From the NCBI RefSeq assembly GCF_036588685.1, contig NC_086380.1, forward strand, positions 76,198,001-76,262,000: 64,000 nt of DNA, in the 5' to 3' direction. The translations under genes and the position numbers were made by a program. Numbering within the stretch: position 1 is the first letter of the stretch; each line of letters begins with the position of its first letter. Of the stretch, positions 50,501-62,137 are shown in pieces. This DNA comes from Mytilus trossulus (Eukaryota). A model generated the notes under the pieces. It saw only the letters and a list, made by a program, of their open reading frames with translations, was not told the DNA's origin and searched no databases.

Positions 50501-52227
50501 TAAGTTTAATGTCATTGAAAACGATACGTGGTTTTGTTGTAAGATCGAAAAAAAGAAACAGATTTGGTTAACAAGGCAAGAAAATATGTGTTTTTGGAAT
50601 TTAACGATGTGAGAAACAATACCACAGTCTTTGTAAATGTTGGAAATCAGCTCTCCGATTGTGAATTGCGGCCTAACGAGTATGCTGATGGGTATTATGT
50701 CCTTACCTTAATAAAATACCTTGAAACTGAAATACGAGTGGATACGTATGGTAGTTATAGCAACAAATGGTCAGAATATTCTATCTTATCCACCACGTGA
50801 TGTATTTCAAGTTCAGCACCAAGTTCACATTTAGAGGCAGACACAAAAATCATGGTGTATGTGTCTGATGCAGTCAAACACGAACTTAAACGAGTCATGA
50901 TTTGAACAGTCGTTAATGATGATGCTGTCACTACTGTTTCGCTATTCTGTCACATAGGGGTAGACGAACTATGCACTAGGCAATGAGTGATTTGATCAGA
51001 CTAAATCACCGGGGTTTTACTGTAAGATCGCACAAACTTAACAGATGGGTATACAATTGTAAACGAAGCAAGAAAATAACTCTTTGCGCAAAAGGGAAGG
51101 CTTTTTGATGCTGTCCCTCAACTTGGTCATGTCTTTTCCAGCATGTAAATCATGCAATATACTTAGGTAGGTGTTTAGGGAGACGAGCTTGGGATTGGCT
51201 CTTATGCTACCCATTCAAGGCGAGGACAAAGTGGATAGCTTTTTAAAAACTCCTTTTGAGACCTCATCATTTTGTCAGAATCTTGTACATTGTGGATGTA
51301 AGAAAGGATACCACGGTTATTTTTGATGTTGAAAATCGGGTATCCCGTGCACTGCGATGTGTGCATGTCATGGTGACTGTGAATAAAAATGTATTCTTGG
51401 CCAAATAGTAGTAACTTTAAATATTTTTTAGTATTATGGTGATTTTATTTTGTTTTCATCAATCTATCCAAAACTCTACATCGAAGAAATAGATTGAGGA
51501 CTCATCTTTGAAATTTACGTCATATTTTTACCGGAAGTGTCAACTTTATATCTAAACATTTACAACATGCTAGAATAAGTGGGTTTTTTTTGGGATAACT
51601 TTAAGCCAAAAGTTTAATGACCAGCACAAAATAACATCATTTTCTTTACATTTTGAAAAAAGTGGAAAATTTGAATAAAAAAATATATTTCTATGTCCGC
51701 CATTTTGGATATTTAAAGAAGTAACGGTTTTTAAGACATATGTCTTATACATTGTATCCATCAGAAGCACCAAAGAAAGAATCCTTCACAATGTAATGAT
51801 AGTAGCAATACGTTAAATCACATTTCAATTACCCTCCCTAAAAAATAAGCTTATTTAAGTACAATGTCCGCCATGTTGGATTTTAACCGGAAGTGGGGTT
51901 TCTGAAGACATCTTATCTTTTTAATTTATCCAAACGTAGTGAAAAACAAAGGTCTGTACCAAATATTATGATAGTAGCATGATAATAACACATTTTTACA
52001 CGCTAGCCCTCGATATTTGGCTGGTTTTAGTATGATGTCGCCATTTTAGATTTTACCGGAAGTGAGACATTTTTTTCAAATGCCTCCCTATCTGAAAAAA
52101 AAGAGTAATAGTTGAGGAAGGTCTATGCTAAATTTCATGCTTGTAACAGGATGTGCACAATTCGTCTGAAATAGGCTTGTAGCCGCCGGACTTTAGCACA
52201 AACACAGCACACGGATACACACCTTAG
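47590..52227. mobile_element. Possible solo LTR (~530 bp) split by the Academ foldback
   Basis: TGTAAGGTG...CACCTTAG termini flanked by TTTA on both sides, internal ccggagcac repeats and a purine-rich tract. The 3' end is not the canonical CA. Confidence 0.4.
48087..52193. mobile_element. Academ-derived foldback element (inverted dimer of transposase 3' ends)
   Basis: TAGTCCGGCGGCT...AGCCGCCGGACTT with 3-bp TSD TAG (48084-48086 and 52194-52196). Arms 48087-49767 and 50672-52193 are inverted. Remnants include LHEEADTR (50178), NWQSFLRD and the C-terminal CGCKKG..CTAMCACHGDC Cys-rich finger. Confidence 0.85.
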
Positions 52228-52974
52228 TTTAAAGTTGTATCTTAACTTCTTTTTCGTCACACAAACAACCATAAGACTATAAAATTATACCGATTCGTCC
52301 CTTAAAAAATCAGACTTAAAATTTATCTCAAAATAGAATATCCAATAAAAAATGCTAAATACGTATACATGGTATAAATCTGAACTTAGGCACAATTTAT
52401 ATGGACCGATGAAACTAAATATAAGTCTAACACAATTCAGATGCTTTTCATCGTTCTTGAACTTTGACTTGTTCAGACTCAATACACAATTTCCTTTTTG
52501 ACTGTTCTTTATTTACACACTTGGAAAACATTCTGATGAACAATCTAAGATGGCTCCCTGCTGACTTTATATTAAGTTATTAACATCTGGTAATCCGAAC
52601 ATTTCGTATCAACACTATGTCAATATATTCAACATTTATTAGAGTTTATAAAAAGCTCTGAGAGATTTGTTGTCAAAGCTATATTACTAATAGTGTATTT
52701 GAGGTACATTCACGTCATCATTTCCTCTTTTTCCGTTTTATTTTTTCTTCTTTTTTCAATAGATTGAATCTTAAAGTATTGTCAATTCTGATTATTTTTG
52801 CATGCTTGTATTTATATTGTGTTGTAACTTATTGTTATTCGGAACGGGCCTCATAAGTATGGTTAACTTAAGCTTGTGCCTAATCTATTTTACTTCGAGT
52901 AAATGCAATATGTAAAAACTTAAAACAAAACATGCGACACTTAAAAATCGTTTTCTTTTTGAAAGAACTCACGT

Positions 52975-53250
52975 TTGTGACATAAATATCAATTATATGG
53001 GCATTTTTATAAATTTTCTGTTTACAAAACTTTGAATTTTTCGAAAAACTAAGGATTTTCTCACCCCAAGGAGTAGATTACCTTAGCCGTATTTGGCACA
53101 ACTTTTTGGAATTTTGGGTCATCAATGCTCTTCAACTTTGTATTTGTTTGGCTTTTTAACTGTTTTGATCTGAGCGTCACTGATGAGTCTTATGTAGACG
53201 AAACGCTAGTCTGGCGTATTAAATTATAATCCTGGTACCTCTGATAACTT
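52975..53250 (+). mobile_element. Hammerhead-containing Penelope pLTR / retrozyme-like repeat
   Basis: The same repeat appears reversed at ~30915-31022 and degenerate at ~60300-60425 and ~60820-61090. It contains the ribozyme listed next. Confidence 0.7.
53175..53216 (+). ncRNA. Type I minimal hammerhead ribozyme
   Basis: CGUCA-CUGAUGA-GUC(uuaugua)GAC-GAAA-C(gcua)G-UC^-UGGCG. Intact core boxes, stem I CGUCA/UGGCG, stem II GUC/GAC, very short stem III. Predicted cut after GUC at 53211. Confidence 0.82.
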
Positions 53251-53674
53251 TTGTGAATGATCATTATATCGAGCCAATTTAAGTAACTATAAGGTATTTA
53301 TATATTTCTTTCTGGTCGCATTAGAGTATACTCGACGTGTCAACAAGACGACACGTTTATAGAACGGTATTCACTATGAATGGTTTACCGCCGGTAGTTT
53401 TAAGTCATTAACCATTCCAATCTTATAACAAAACGCCGTTCTGCTATTAGTTAACGGATGGTTGTTTTTTTCTTTATTTTAAAAGGCAATTGAATGTTCA
53501 ATTCTAGAAGGGTGAACATCCTATGTACAAATTTGCATGCATAAATTGATAAATTGTTTCTGCTAAAACTACTCTATAAAATTGAATTAAGAAAATTAAG
53601 GAAAACCTTTTGATTAGAAACGTAAAGAACACGTTTCATTTTTATTTACTATTTTTTTTTCCAGAAATCATTCT

Positions 53675-55330
53675 ATGGCATCAAGTAGTTTCTGTGATCC
53701 TTGTTCCGAAGCTGACAAGTCTTTAACAGCAACAAGGTATTGCTCAGACTGTGAAGAAAGACTTTGTACAGACTGTGCAGAGTCACATTGCAGATTCAAA
53801 GCTTTTAAATTTCACCATGTTATCGACCTGTCGTCCATTGGATCCAATATTCTTATGCCCGCGAAGAAACACTGCAATGTCCATTCAGAAATGATATTGG
53901 ATTATTACTGCACAGACCATGAGATCGTATGCTGTAGAGCCTGCATATCTAATGAACACAGGGTTTGTCGGAATGTACTCCCATTGGAACTGGCCTCGAA
54001 GGATGTAAAAAAGTCTGCACTATTTAACGATGTTACGGAAGACATAACGCATCTTATCACAACATTGAGTGCTTTAGACAATAACAGAGAGTCAAACTTA
54101 CAATCACTAGAGAAATCAAAATCAACAATAACTAAGAAGATCCGAGCAGTGAAATCAAAATTTTTGAAACAAATTGAAGATTTGGAGCGTGAATTAACGA
54201 CCACTTTTTCATCTCTCCAACGAAAACATGAAATCGAAATCAACAAACAAAAGCAAGAAATATCGCAAGTCTTGGTCAATGTTATAGAAAATAAAAACGA
54301 GATGGATTTTTTGAGAGATCATGGATCTAAGAATCAGCTCTTTTTATTCCTTCGCCAACAAGTAACAAATATTCATAGCGCTGAGGCCAAGATTCAGCAG
54401 ATAGTATCCGATTCACAAGAATTCGATATTACCTTTGACGAAAAGAAAGATGTTAAGCTTGAGTCTTTCGGGTCACTGTTAGAGTATGTCCAACCATGTC
54501 AAGTTCAATACAAACCAAAGAAACTTCAACAAGCCCAGATAAAGGCGGAACCAATGAAAAATATTCTAGGGTTTGAGAAGGATACATTATTAAAACTTAA
54601 TACTGATGTGGTAGAACTTTTTGTTAGTGTATCAGTGACAGATGATAATAAGCTCCTCATTACTAATACAGCATCATCCGATACCAAACTCTATGTTTAC
54701 AGAGACTGTAAAGATTATGAGACAGAGATAACATTATCCTCCGCACCTCATTGTGTTGCTGTGATACCTGGTACCAACAGAGCTGTTATTACCCTACATA
54801 ACGAACAGTCTATACAATTTATAAATACGACAACGATGACAAAGGACAACAAAGTTAAAGTCGGATTTACATGCTATGGTATCACTGCTGGACATGACAG
54901 AATTTTTGTTGGTGGTGATTATGGTACTATCAAAACATTAGACACCAATGGGGCAATTCTAAAAGCAACCACACATGGATCTAAATGTATTTACTTCATA
55001 GCATACGATGATTTACAAGATCAGTTGATTGTTAGATGTTGTAACAAGCTTCTTTGTGTCAAAGGAGATGGAACACTGGTGTACAGTAAGGACGTTTCGG
55101 GACAAGCAGGTTTAACACTTGATCGACGGAGGAACCTTTATTTTGGTGGTTTTTCAACTCACAACATACAAAGAATGTCAACAGACGGGGAAAATTGTGA
55201 AGAAATGCTGAACAAAGACAATGACATTAACCGTCCGTATGGAATGTGTTTTAACAATGACTTCACAAAATTATTTGTTATTAATAACCGTTGCACGTCC
55301 GTATGTGTATATAAATGCAAGTACTTGTAA
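53675..55330 (+). CDS. RING-less TRIM-like paralogue 5, 551 aa
   Basis: Intact ORF with all Cys/His ligands present. Acceptor (t)n-ccAG at 53663-53664, 10 nt before the ATG. Confidence 0.9.
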   Translation: MASSSFCDPCSEADKSLTATRYCSDCEERLCTDCAESHCRFKAFKFHHVIDLSSIGSNILMPAKKHCNVHSEMILDYYCTDHEIVCCRACISNEHRVCRNVLPLELASKDVKKSALFNDVTEDITHLITTLSALDNNRESNLQSLEKSKSTITKKIRAVKSKFLKQIEDLERELTTTFSSLQRKHEIEINKQKQEISQVLVNVIENKNEMDFLRDHGSKNQLFLFLRQQVTNIHSAEAKIQQIVSDSQEFDITFDEKKDVKLESFGSLLEYVQPCQVQYKPKKLQQAQIKAEPMKNILGFEKDTLLKLNTDVVELFVSVSVTDDNKLLITNTASSDTKLYVYRDCKDYETEITLSSAPHCVAVIPGTNRAVITLHNEQSIQFINTTTMTKDNKVKVGFTCYGITAGHDRIFVGGDYGTIKTLDTNGAILKATTHGSKCIYFIAYDDLQDQLIVRCCNKLLCVKGDGTLVYSKDVSGQAGLTLDRRRNLYFGGFSTHNIQRMSTDGENCEEMLNKDNDINRPYGMCFNNDFTKLFVINNRCTSVCVYKCKYL

Positions 55331-57400
55331 GAAACTTGAAATCGACTTTTTATAGCATTGTGTTATTCACATGTACAAAGTCAAAATATATTGTTTGTTT
55401 GTTTGTTTGTTTTTTGTTTGTTTAATTTTTGAAGAAGAAAATAAAAATATAGTTTCAAATTCCATTTTATAATGTCGTCTGGCGTGTCGTAATTTTAAAG
55501 GAATGCGTAGGAAATTGATGTATATTTCAAAATCTCAATACGTCATGCCATAGAAAATCCAAATCCATGTTTGTTGCTTGATATAGGCAAAAGAAGTATT
55601 CATTTCCGCTCAATATATTTAAAATAGTACTAAAATTTTAAATTAGAAAGTATAGTCCTCTGGATTATTATATAGTATCTGTTTTATGTCATGTTTGGTG
55701 TACACTCTTATATTGTGCATCCCAACTATTCTCGTTATTTACACTTATCGAATATGTTTCAGAGTACAACCAAAATATTTAATTCTTTGGATTCAATTTC
55801 TTGTACATTTTAAAGACCAACAAGACATAGAAGCATGTAGGATCTTAACAAATAAATGGATTATAATAAATGATAAAATGTATTCCAAGAACTAGTATTA
55901 AGATTGTTTAGCAAACTGACAAACAGTTCAAACGGGATAATTGTTAACTTATGGTATTCCGATGAGCACAACAAAATGTAAATATTGCATTCAATTCAAG
56001 TATATGATATTTGATATATATTCCTGGTGTTGTATTTACAATTATGATGTCCTCGATAGAAGAATGCTGCTAACAAAGGAACTATTAAACCTAAATATCA
56101 AAATTGTGAAGTTGAAATCATCCCTTTGTAAATGTTACGGTCGCCAACACGAGTATCGGATATGTTCCTCATATTGTTGCTACAATCCCGGTCCCTTTTC
56201 ATGAATGTGACCTACCTAACGACTATTTATTTGGTTTAAAATAACATGAGCTACATGACACATACCACTGGTGAAGTAGGATCGGCTTACCCATCTAGAG
56301 CACATGCGATCACTCCTAGTTTAAGGTGAGGTGTGTGTTGCTTAGTCTTTATGTTTCTATGTTTTTATCTGTGTTGTTTTATTTGTCCGTTTGTCTTTTT
56401 CAGTTTATTTTTGATCTATGAGTTTGAATGTCCCTCAAAGATCTTTCTGTCCTCATTTTAAAAATGTAATGGTGTTATTTTAAAAGTGTGCGTATAATGG
56501 GTTATGGCGTCAGCACAGTACGGAAACATCTATCAATAGGAAAACCAATCCCACGAATTTGCATAAGTTTTGATCATCCGATTATATTATGCAGTGCAAA
56601 TATCTTCGTGAAGCTTATCAGAATATTCTGCCACAGGAAACTTGAAGATTTTTATGCTTGATTGCTAAACTGTTCAACATAAATATCGATGAAAAAAGCT
56701 AAATCAGGATCAAATAAATCTATCGTTGACCAAAAATGTCTTTCAAAGGGTGTCTTATTTAAAAAAAAATCTTTTAGTTATCATCCTTGTGTACATAATC
56801 ATTGTATTATTTAATATTGAATTTGTTACTCATAAAATTCTTGTCTGAGGGTTTCATACGAGAATAGTGCTATGGTCTTGTTATGAAATGCTGTACGAAT
56901 GCAGTAAAATCACATCATTAGGGTGCTTTAAACAGTTTCGTATACACAACTAGGGGTTCTTCCCAGACTAAAAATAACCAGGGGGTGAAACCCCTGTTTA
57001 TTTACTTAATTATTCCATGTTATCCCATGTTCTTGGAATGGAATATTTTAAATATATTAAAAGTACACTTTATTTTTTATTTCATTATAAACTAGAGAAC
57101 ATTCCGATTCCTGTGATATCTAGTTTTATACAAGTATCTTTATTAAACACTAAGGTTCACTTATGCATGTTTCCTTAAAACCTGACGTCATAGAAAAAAA
57201 ACCTGTTGATTGCCACCTTTATTATACATGAATTGTACAATACATTCTAAGATTTCTAAGAATATTCAATTGTTTAAGAAAAATAACTTATGGTCAGACC
57301 GAACCGTCACTAGCATTGTGTTAGGATTGTGTGCTTGAATCTTTTTTTAGTTTCCTGATAGAATTTCTGTAAATTCATCTTTTTTAATGAGCTCGTTTAA

Positions 57401-58605
57401 AGGAGTAGGTACCGATTTTGGCCTCAAATTTCAAGTTCATCTGACGAAAGATTTTGACTACTTTTTAAACACTCAAGTATCTACTTCATTTGAATAAATT
57501 AGGATATGTAAAAGATTTTTGCTGATTTAGTCATTAAAAACGATCCGATTCATGCTCAAATATGACAAATCTACCAAATGTGCCGAAAAATGTAACTTTT
57601 CAGATCGTTTTTGTTCAAAATGAAAGTGGCCGCATCCGGGTTCATCCTCAACCTTTATATATGTTATGTATTATCATCAAATACAACTGATTTCATATCG
57701 GTTAAGAATAAGCTTATCTTATTGGATAAAAAGAGGCCACATTACATTCTTTATTCTTCAGTAATAAGTTCCATCGGACATTAACAGAACACCGGTCGTT
57801 AACAGACTTTTAAATGATAATGACCGGTGGGGCGTAGTTTGTCTGTTTGAGAGACGATCCGTAATAAAACGCAACGCGATTTAGACGTGTTTTCACTTTA
57901 CAGTTAGGAAAATGGAAGACGCGTCTACTAGTGTAGACAACTTTAATGACCGTTTTACTATTGATGAAATTAAAGTAAACTTCATTTTGTATTTTAAATA
58001 TTGAAGTGTATTATACTGATATCTAAAACTATGACCAGTTTTCACTCTTTCCTAAAGAATTTGAACATTATCTCACGGTAATTTTTAACAATTTGAATGT
58101 ATGAATTCTTTTTAAAACATACATGTAGTTTCTCAATGAAATAAACATAATAGTTATTGATAAACCTGTCATTATCGTGATATATGGACAGCCCTTAGGA
58201 CGGTTGTATTGACCGCGACAGCGATAATGACCTCACCTTTGGCTCAGTCATTATCGTTGTCTCAGTCAATACCACGGTCCTGTGGGTAGTCTATATATCA
58301 CGATATTGACCAGTTTTTCAATAACTATTATTTAATTACTTTTCAATAAAAAGGATGAACACGAATGCGGCCACTTTAGTTTTACACGAAACCGTCTAAA
58401 ATTTAATTAAAATGCGGGAATTGTGAAGATTTCAGTACTCTGGCATGACTTAATGGTGTTAATACCCGATATATGTGCATTGTCCTATCAAAAATAACCC
58501 ATATTTATGTAGCAGAAGCATTCTACTGTCCAATAAATAACTAAAAGTTTACATTTTAACAATTTTGTAAAGCTGCTAAAAAGGGGGCTTACTGGACCTA
58601 CTCCT
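57401..58605. mobile_element. TTAA-targeting (Kolobok-like) MITE with a nested ~640-bp insertion (~57700-58340)
   Basis: TTAA|AGGAGTAGG...CCTACTCCT|TAAA. Empty site at ~30535-30550. An uninterrupted relative lies at 61355-61856. Confidence 0.8.
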
Positions 58606-59775
58606 TAAAACTGTTCACTAGACTTTTAACGCTAATTTTTGAATTTTGGGGTTTACAACTTTCTTTGTCAATAAATCTATACAGATCTGAATCGCTAAAT
58701 ACTTTAATATCTCGCCAATTCTATTAAACTCTTTTGTTTTATGAATCAAAATTCCTGTTCTTATTATATCCTATAATTTGGTGTATTGAAAAGTTTCCTA
58801 CTGTATTAATAACATGCGAATATATAAAACAGATGCATGTAACCTGCGATCTTTCATTTATTTGATTTGGTTTTTATCTGTGTGTTGTCGGTAGAAATCT
58901 ACCTAGGACGTATTATATCACATGTTATACTAATACGTCATACATAGAATTTCTTACATAAGGGAGGAATAACATATGATTTTCAAAAACTTTCATAGCA
59001 AAAATTCGAATTTTGTTTGTTTTCCTTAACTGTAACCCTGATCTAAAAAAAAACACGGTAAAGTTTGTAAGTTACTTTTGTTGTTCTGTTTTTATGACGA
59101 TGTAATTTATGTTAACCTTGTTTCAGTAGAATTAAATTTATTTTCAAAAGCATTTTCTTAAGTCTACCAGAGAGGATAATTAATTATTCTCCTACAATTA
59201 GACAGGTATCTATGTTCTGTTATGCATCGGTCTGAGTCTGCAACAATTGTTTATGAATAAGTGGATAGTATCAAATGACTCATTACAACATATATATAGA
59301 AAAAAACTTAAAAAGAACAAAGAAAATAAAGAAAAGAAAAGATGACATACAATAAAAACACTTATAATTGACTGAAAATGCAGTGTACGTGGTTTATTCA
59401 TTTCGTTTTAAAAAATCAAAACAGGGTACGTTTATGCACACTGTTTCGTATCATTTCGTATGGTATCGTTAAATTTTTGTATTCTAAATTTTTTGAATGA
59501 ACGTTAACATGGTTGTTATATATAAGTGGATAGGTCGATTGTTTTTTTTTTTTTCAAATTTGGCTATTTTGTTGTGTGTCTGTCTTTGACTTTCCTCTTT
59601 ATTTACTACTTGTCCATCTTTTCGTATAAATGATAAATGAGAAAAAATATCTTAAAGTGAATATAAAGTCTACATCTTTAAATAAATTTACATTATTGTT
59701 TTTTTTTTGCATTATACATATTATAAGACATCTGTATGTGTCAATATTTCCGTAAATGATAATCGAAAAAACAAA

Positions 59776-60247
59776 TATATGTACTGTAGCTGGCATGATT
59801 ATCTATTGTATATATACTGTAGCTGGCATGATAATCTATTGCATATATACTGTAGCTGGCATGATTATCTTTTGTATATATACTGTAGCTGGCATGATTA
59901 TCTATTGTATATATACTGTAGCTGGCATGATTATCTATTATATATATACTGTAGCTGGCATGATTATCTATTGTATATATACTGTAGCTGGCATGATTAT
60001 CTTCTATTGTATATATACTGTAGCTGGCATGATTATCTATTGTATATATACTGTAGCTGGCATGATTATCTATTGTATATATACTGTAGCTGGCATGATT
60101 ATCTATTGTATATATACTGTAGCTGGCATGATTATCTATTGTATATATACTGTAGCTGGCATGATTACATGTATCTATTGTATATATACTGTAGCTGGCA
60201 TGATTATCTATTGTATCTATACTGTAGCTGGCATGATTATCTTCTAT
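59776..60247. repeat. 33-bp minisatellite, 14 copies
   Basis: Unit tatatatactgtagctggcatgattatctattg repeated with no spacers. Confidence 0.95.
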
Positions 60248-60430
60248 TTTACCTTTATCAAACAAAGGGCAAGTGTAGTTATTTATACGAATTTTTTGGT
60301 TTTATGCATTGATTTGGCCTTCCAATTATTTTTGATTCCCGCGTAATTGAGAGACTTATGTAGACGACAAATGCGATACACGAGTCTGGTTTATACAAGT
60401 ATAAGCCTACCATGTTTGATTAGATGTTAA

Positions 60431-60813
60431 GTGCCAGTCTTTGTAAGAATCAGGCAATTTACGTAAAAATCAAAACATGATCAGAAAAAAACCACCGAGC
60501 TAATCATTCTATTTAATACGTACTATCATCCTGAGTTAAAAATTATAAGTCTTCCGTTTATGTGTGTCTGGTAATATCAAATAACTCGGTTAGAATATTG
60601 ATTAGAATGATAGCAAATCACAGAGTTATCTCCCCTTATTTGTTAATTTCTAGTGCATTTCAACCAAATTGTATCTTCTATTACCAGAACAGAAAATAGA
60701 AATGAATTTTATTTTTGTACATAACTACATATTACGAACTGAAATCAATGTCAAATTGGGTAGGGTTTTTGGTCATGTTTTCATCACTGCCTGATTCTTA
60801 TGCAGACTGGCAC
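60431..60813. mobile_element. MITE with ~27-bp TIRs flanked by TTAA
   Basis: TTAA|GTGCCAGTCTTTGTAAGAATCAGGCA...TGCCTGATTCTTATGCAGACTGGCAC|TTAA. Confidence 0.8.
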
Positions 60814-61013
60814 TTAAATGTAATGCCACTGCTGGTGGTGTTTTGATTCAACGAGGTTTACACGAGCCTAGTAGTCAGCACTTCTATGATGACATAAATT
60901 ATTTTTGATATGGTCAGAGTGGAAAAAAAAACTGGTTAAAAAAATATTTAGGAATTTATGGTCTTCAATGCTAACTTTTTTGGCCTTTTAAATTTTGTTT
61001 AATTCGAGAGTAA

Positions 61014-61049
61014 CTGATGAGCCTTGTGTAGCTGAAACGTGCATCTGAC
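61014..61049 (+). ncRNA. Degenerate hammerhead ribozyme copy
   Basis: CTGATGA-gccttgtgtagct-GAAAC-gtgc-ATC. Core boxes are kept but stems I-III are mismatched, so it is probably inactive. Confidence 0.45.
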
Positions 61050-61354
61050 AAAATACAAAATGTCAATCCTGGTATCAATGATGAGTTTATTGACATTCCT
61101 TTTTTTCTAGGTCAGATATTGCTAAAAAATATATAAAAACAAAAAAAAACCATAAGAAACCCAAAACAAACAATATAACACAACAATGGATTCATGCGTA
61201 AATTTTTTTATTAAAAAATGAACTCATTCAGCCAGTTTCATATCATAATACATGATGTAATATACAAATAACATTTTGCACGATCCGATCGAGGCAATGG
61301 ACAACCGTTTTTTTAAATGATGTTTCAGAGGTGTACTCGTTATGATAAGATTAA

Positions 61355-61856
61355 AGGAGTAGGTTCAGAAAGACCTCTTTTTGACCCCAAAATATAACAG
61401 TTTTAGAAAATTGTGAAAATGTAATCTTTAAGTTATGTTTTGGAAAGTAAAATGCTTCTGCTACATACATATGAGCTGTTTTGTACAATACAATGCACAA
61501 ATATCGCGTTCTAGCATCAATCAGTCATGGAAAATTACTGAGATCTTCAAAATTTTAGCATTTTGGTTAATTTTTGGACGGTTTCTGCATTCATAATATT
61601 GAAATGTAAGTTGTATTTGATGATAATACAAAACATATATAAAGGTTGAGGATGAACACGGCTGCGGCAACTTTCATTTTTGACATATGTGATAGATTAT
61701 TCATATTTAAGCTTGCATCAGAGCGTTTTTAATGACTTAATTAGTTAAAATCTTTCACATAAACTAATTGAATTCATTGAAATAGACACTTAAGTGTTTA
61801 AAAAGTGTCCAAAATTTGAGGCCAAAATCGGCCCTTATCGGACCGGATCTACTCCT
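61355..61856. mobile_element. TTAA-targeting (Kolobok-like) MITE, inverted relative of the 57401 copy
   Basis: TTAA|AGGAGTAG...CTACTCCT|TTAA with perfect TSDs. Confidence 0.85.
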
Positions 61857-62137
61857 TTAAAAATGATCAAATTATTATAGTATTATTAAAATATACTCAA
61901 AATCTCCAACTTTTACTTCAGTTTAACAAGACGATTTGTTTATGGTACAGTATCGAACATGAATGGTTCAGCTGTGGTAGTTTAAGTCATATTACAAGAT
62001 CGCAAGCAAAATGTATTAACCTTTTACTGCTAATCTTGCTCATCATGGAAACTGGCTTAAAATAAGAATATGTAGAACAATATTATGATTTGGAGTATAA
62101 TCAAACCACACTAATCCTTTATTTCAGAAGGTTTACT

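Noticed and set aside
59707-60346. Three long ORFs or a CRISPR-like array
   Set aside because: A pure tandem 33-bp repeat with no unique spacers and no cas genes, in eukaryotic context. The ORFs are a by-product of unit length.
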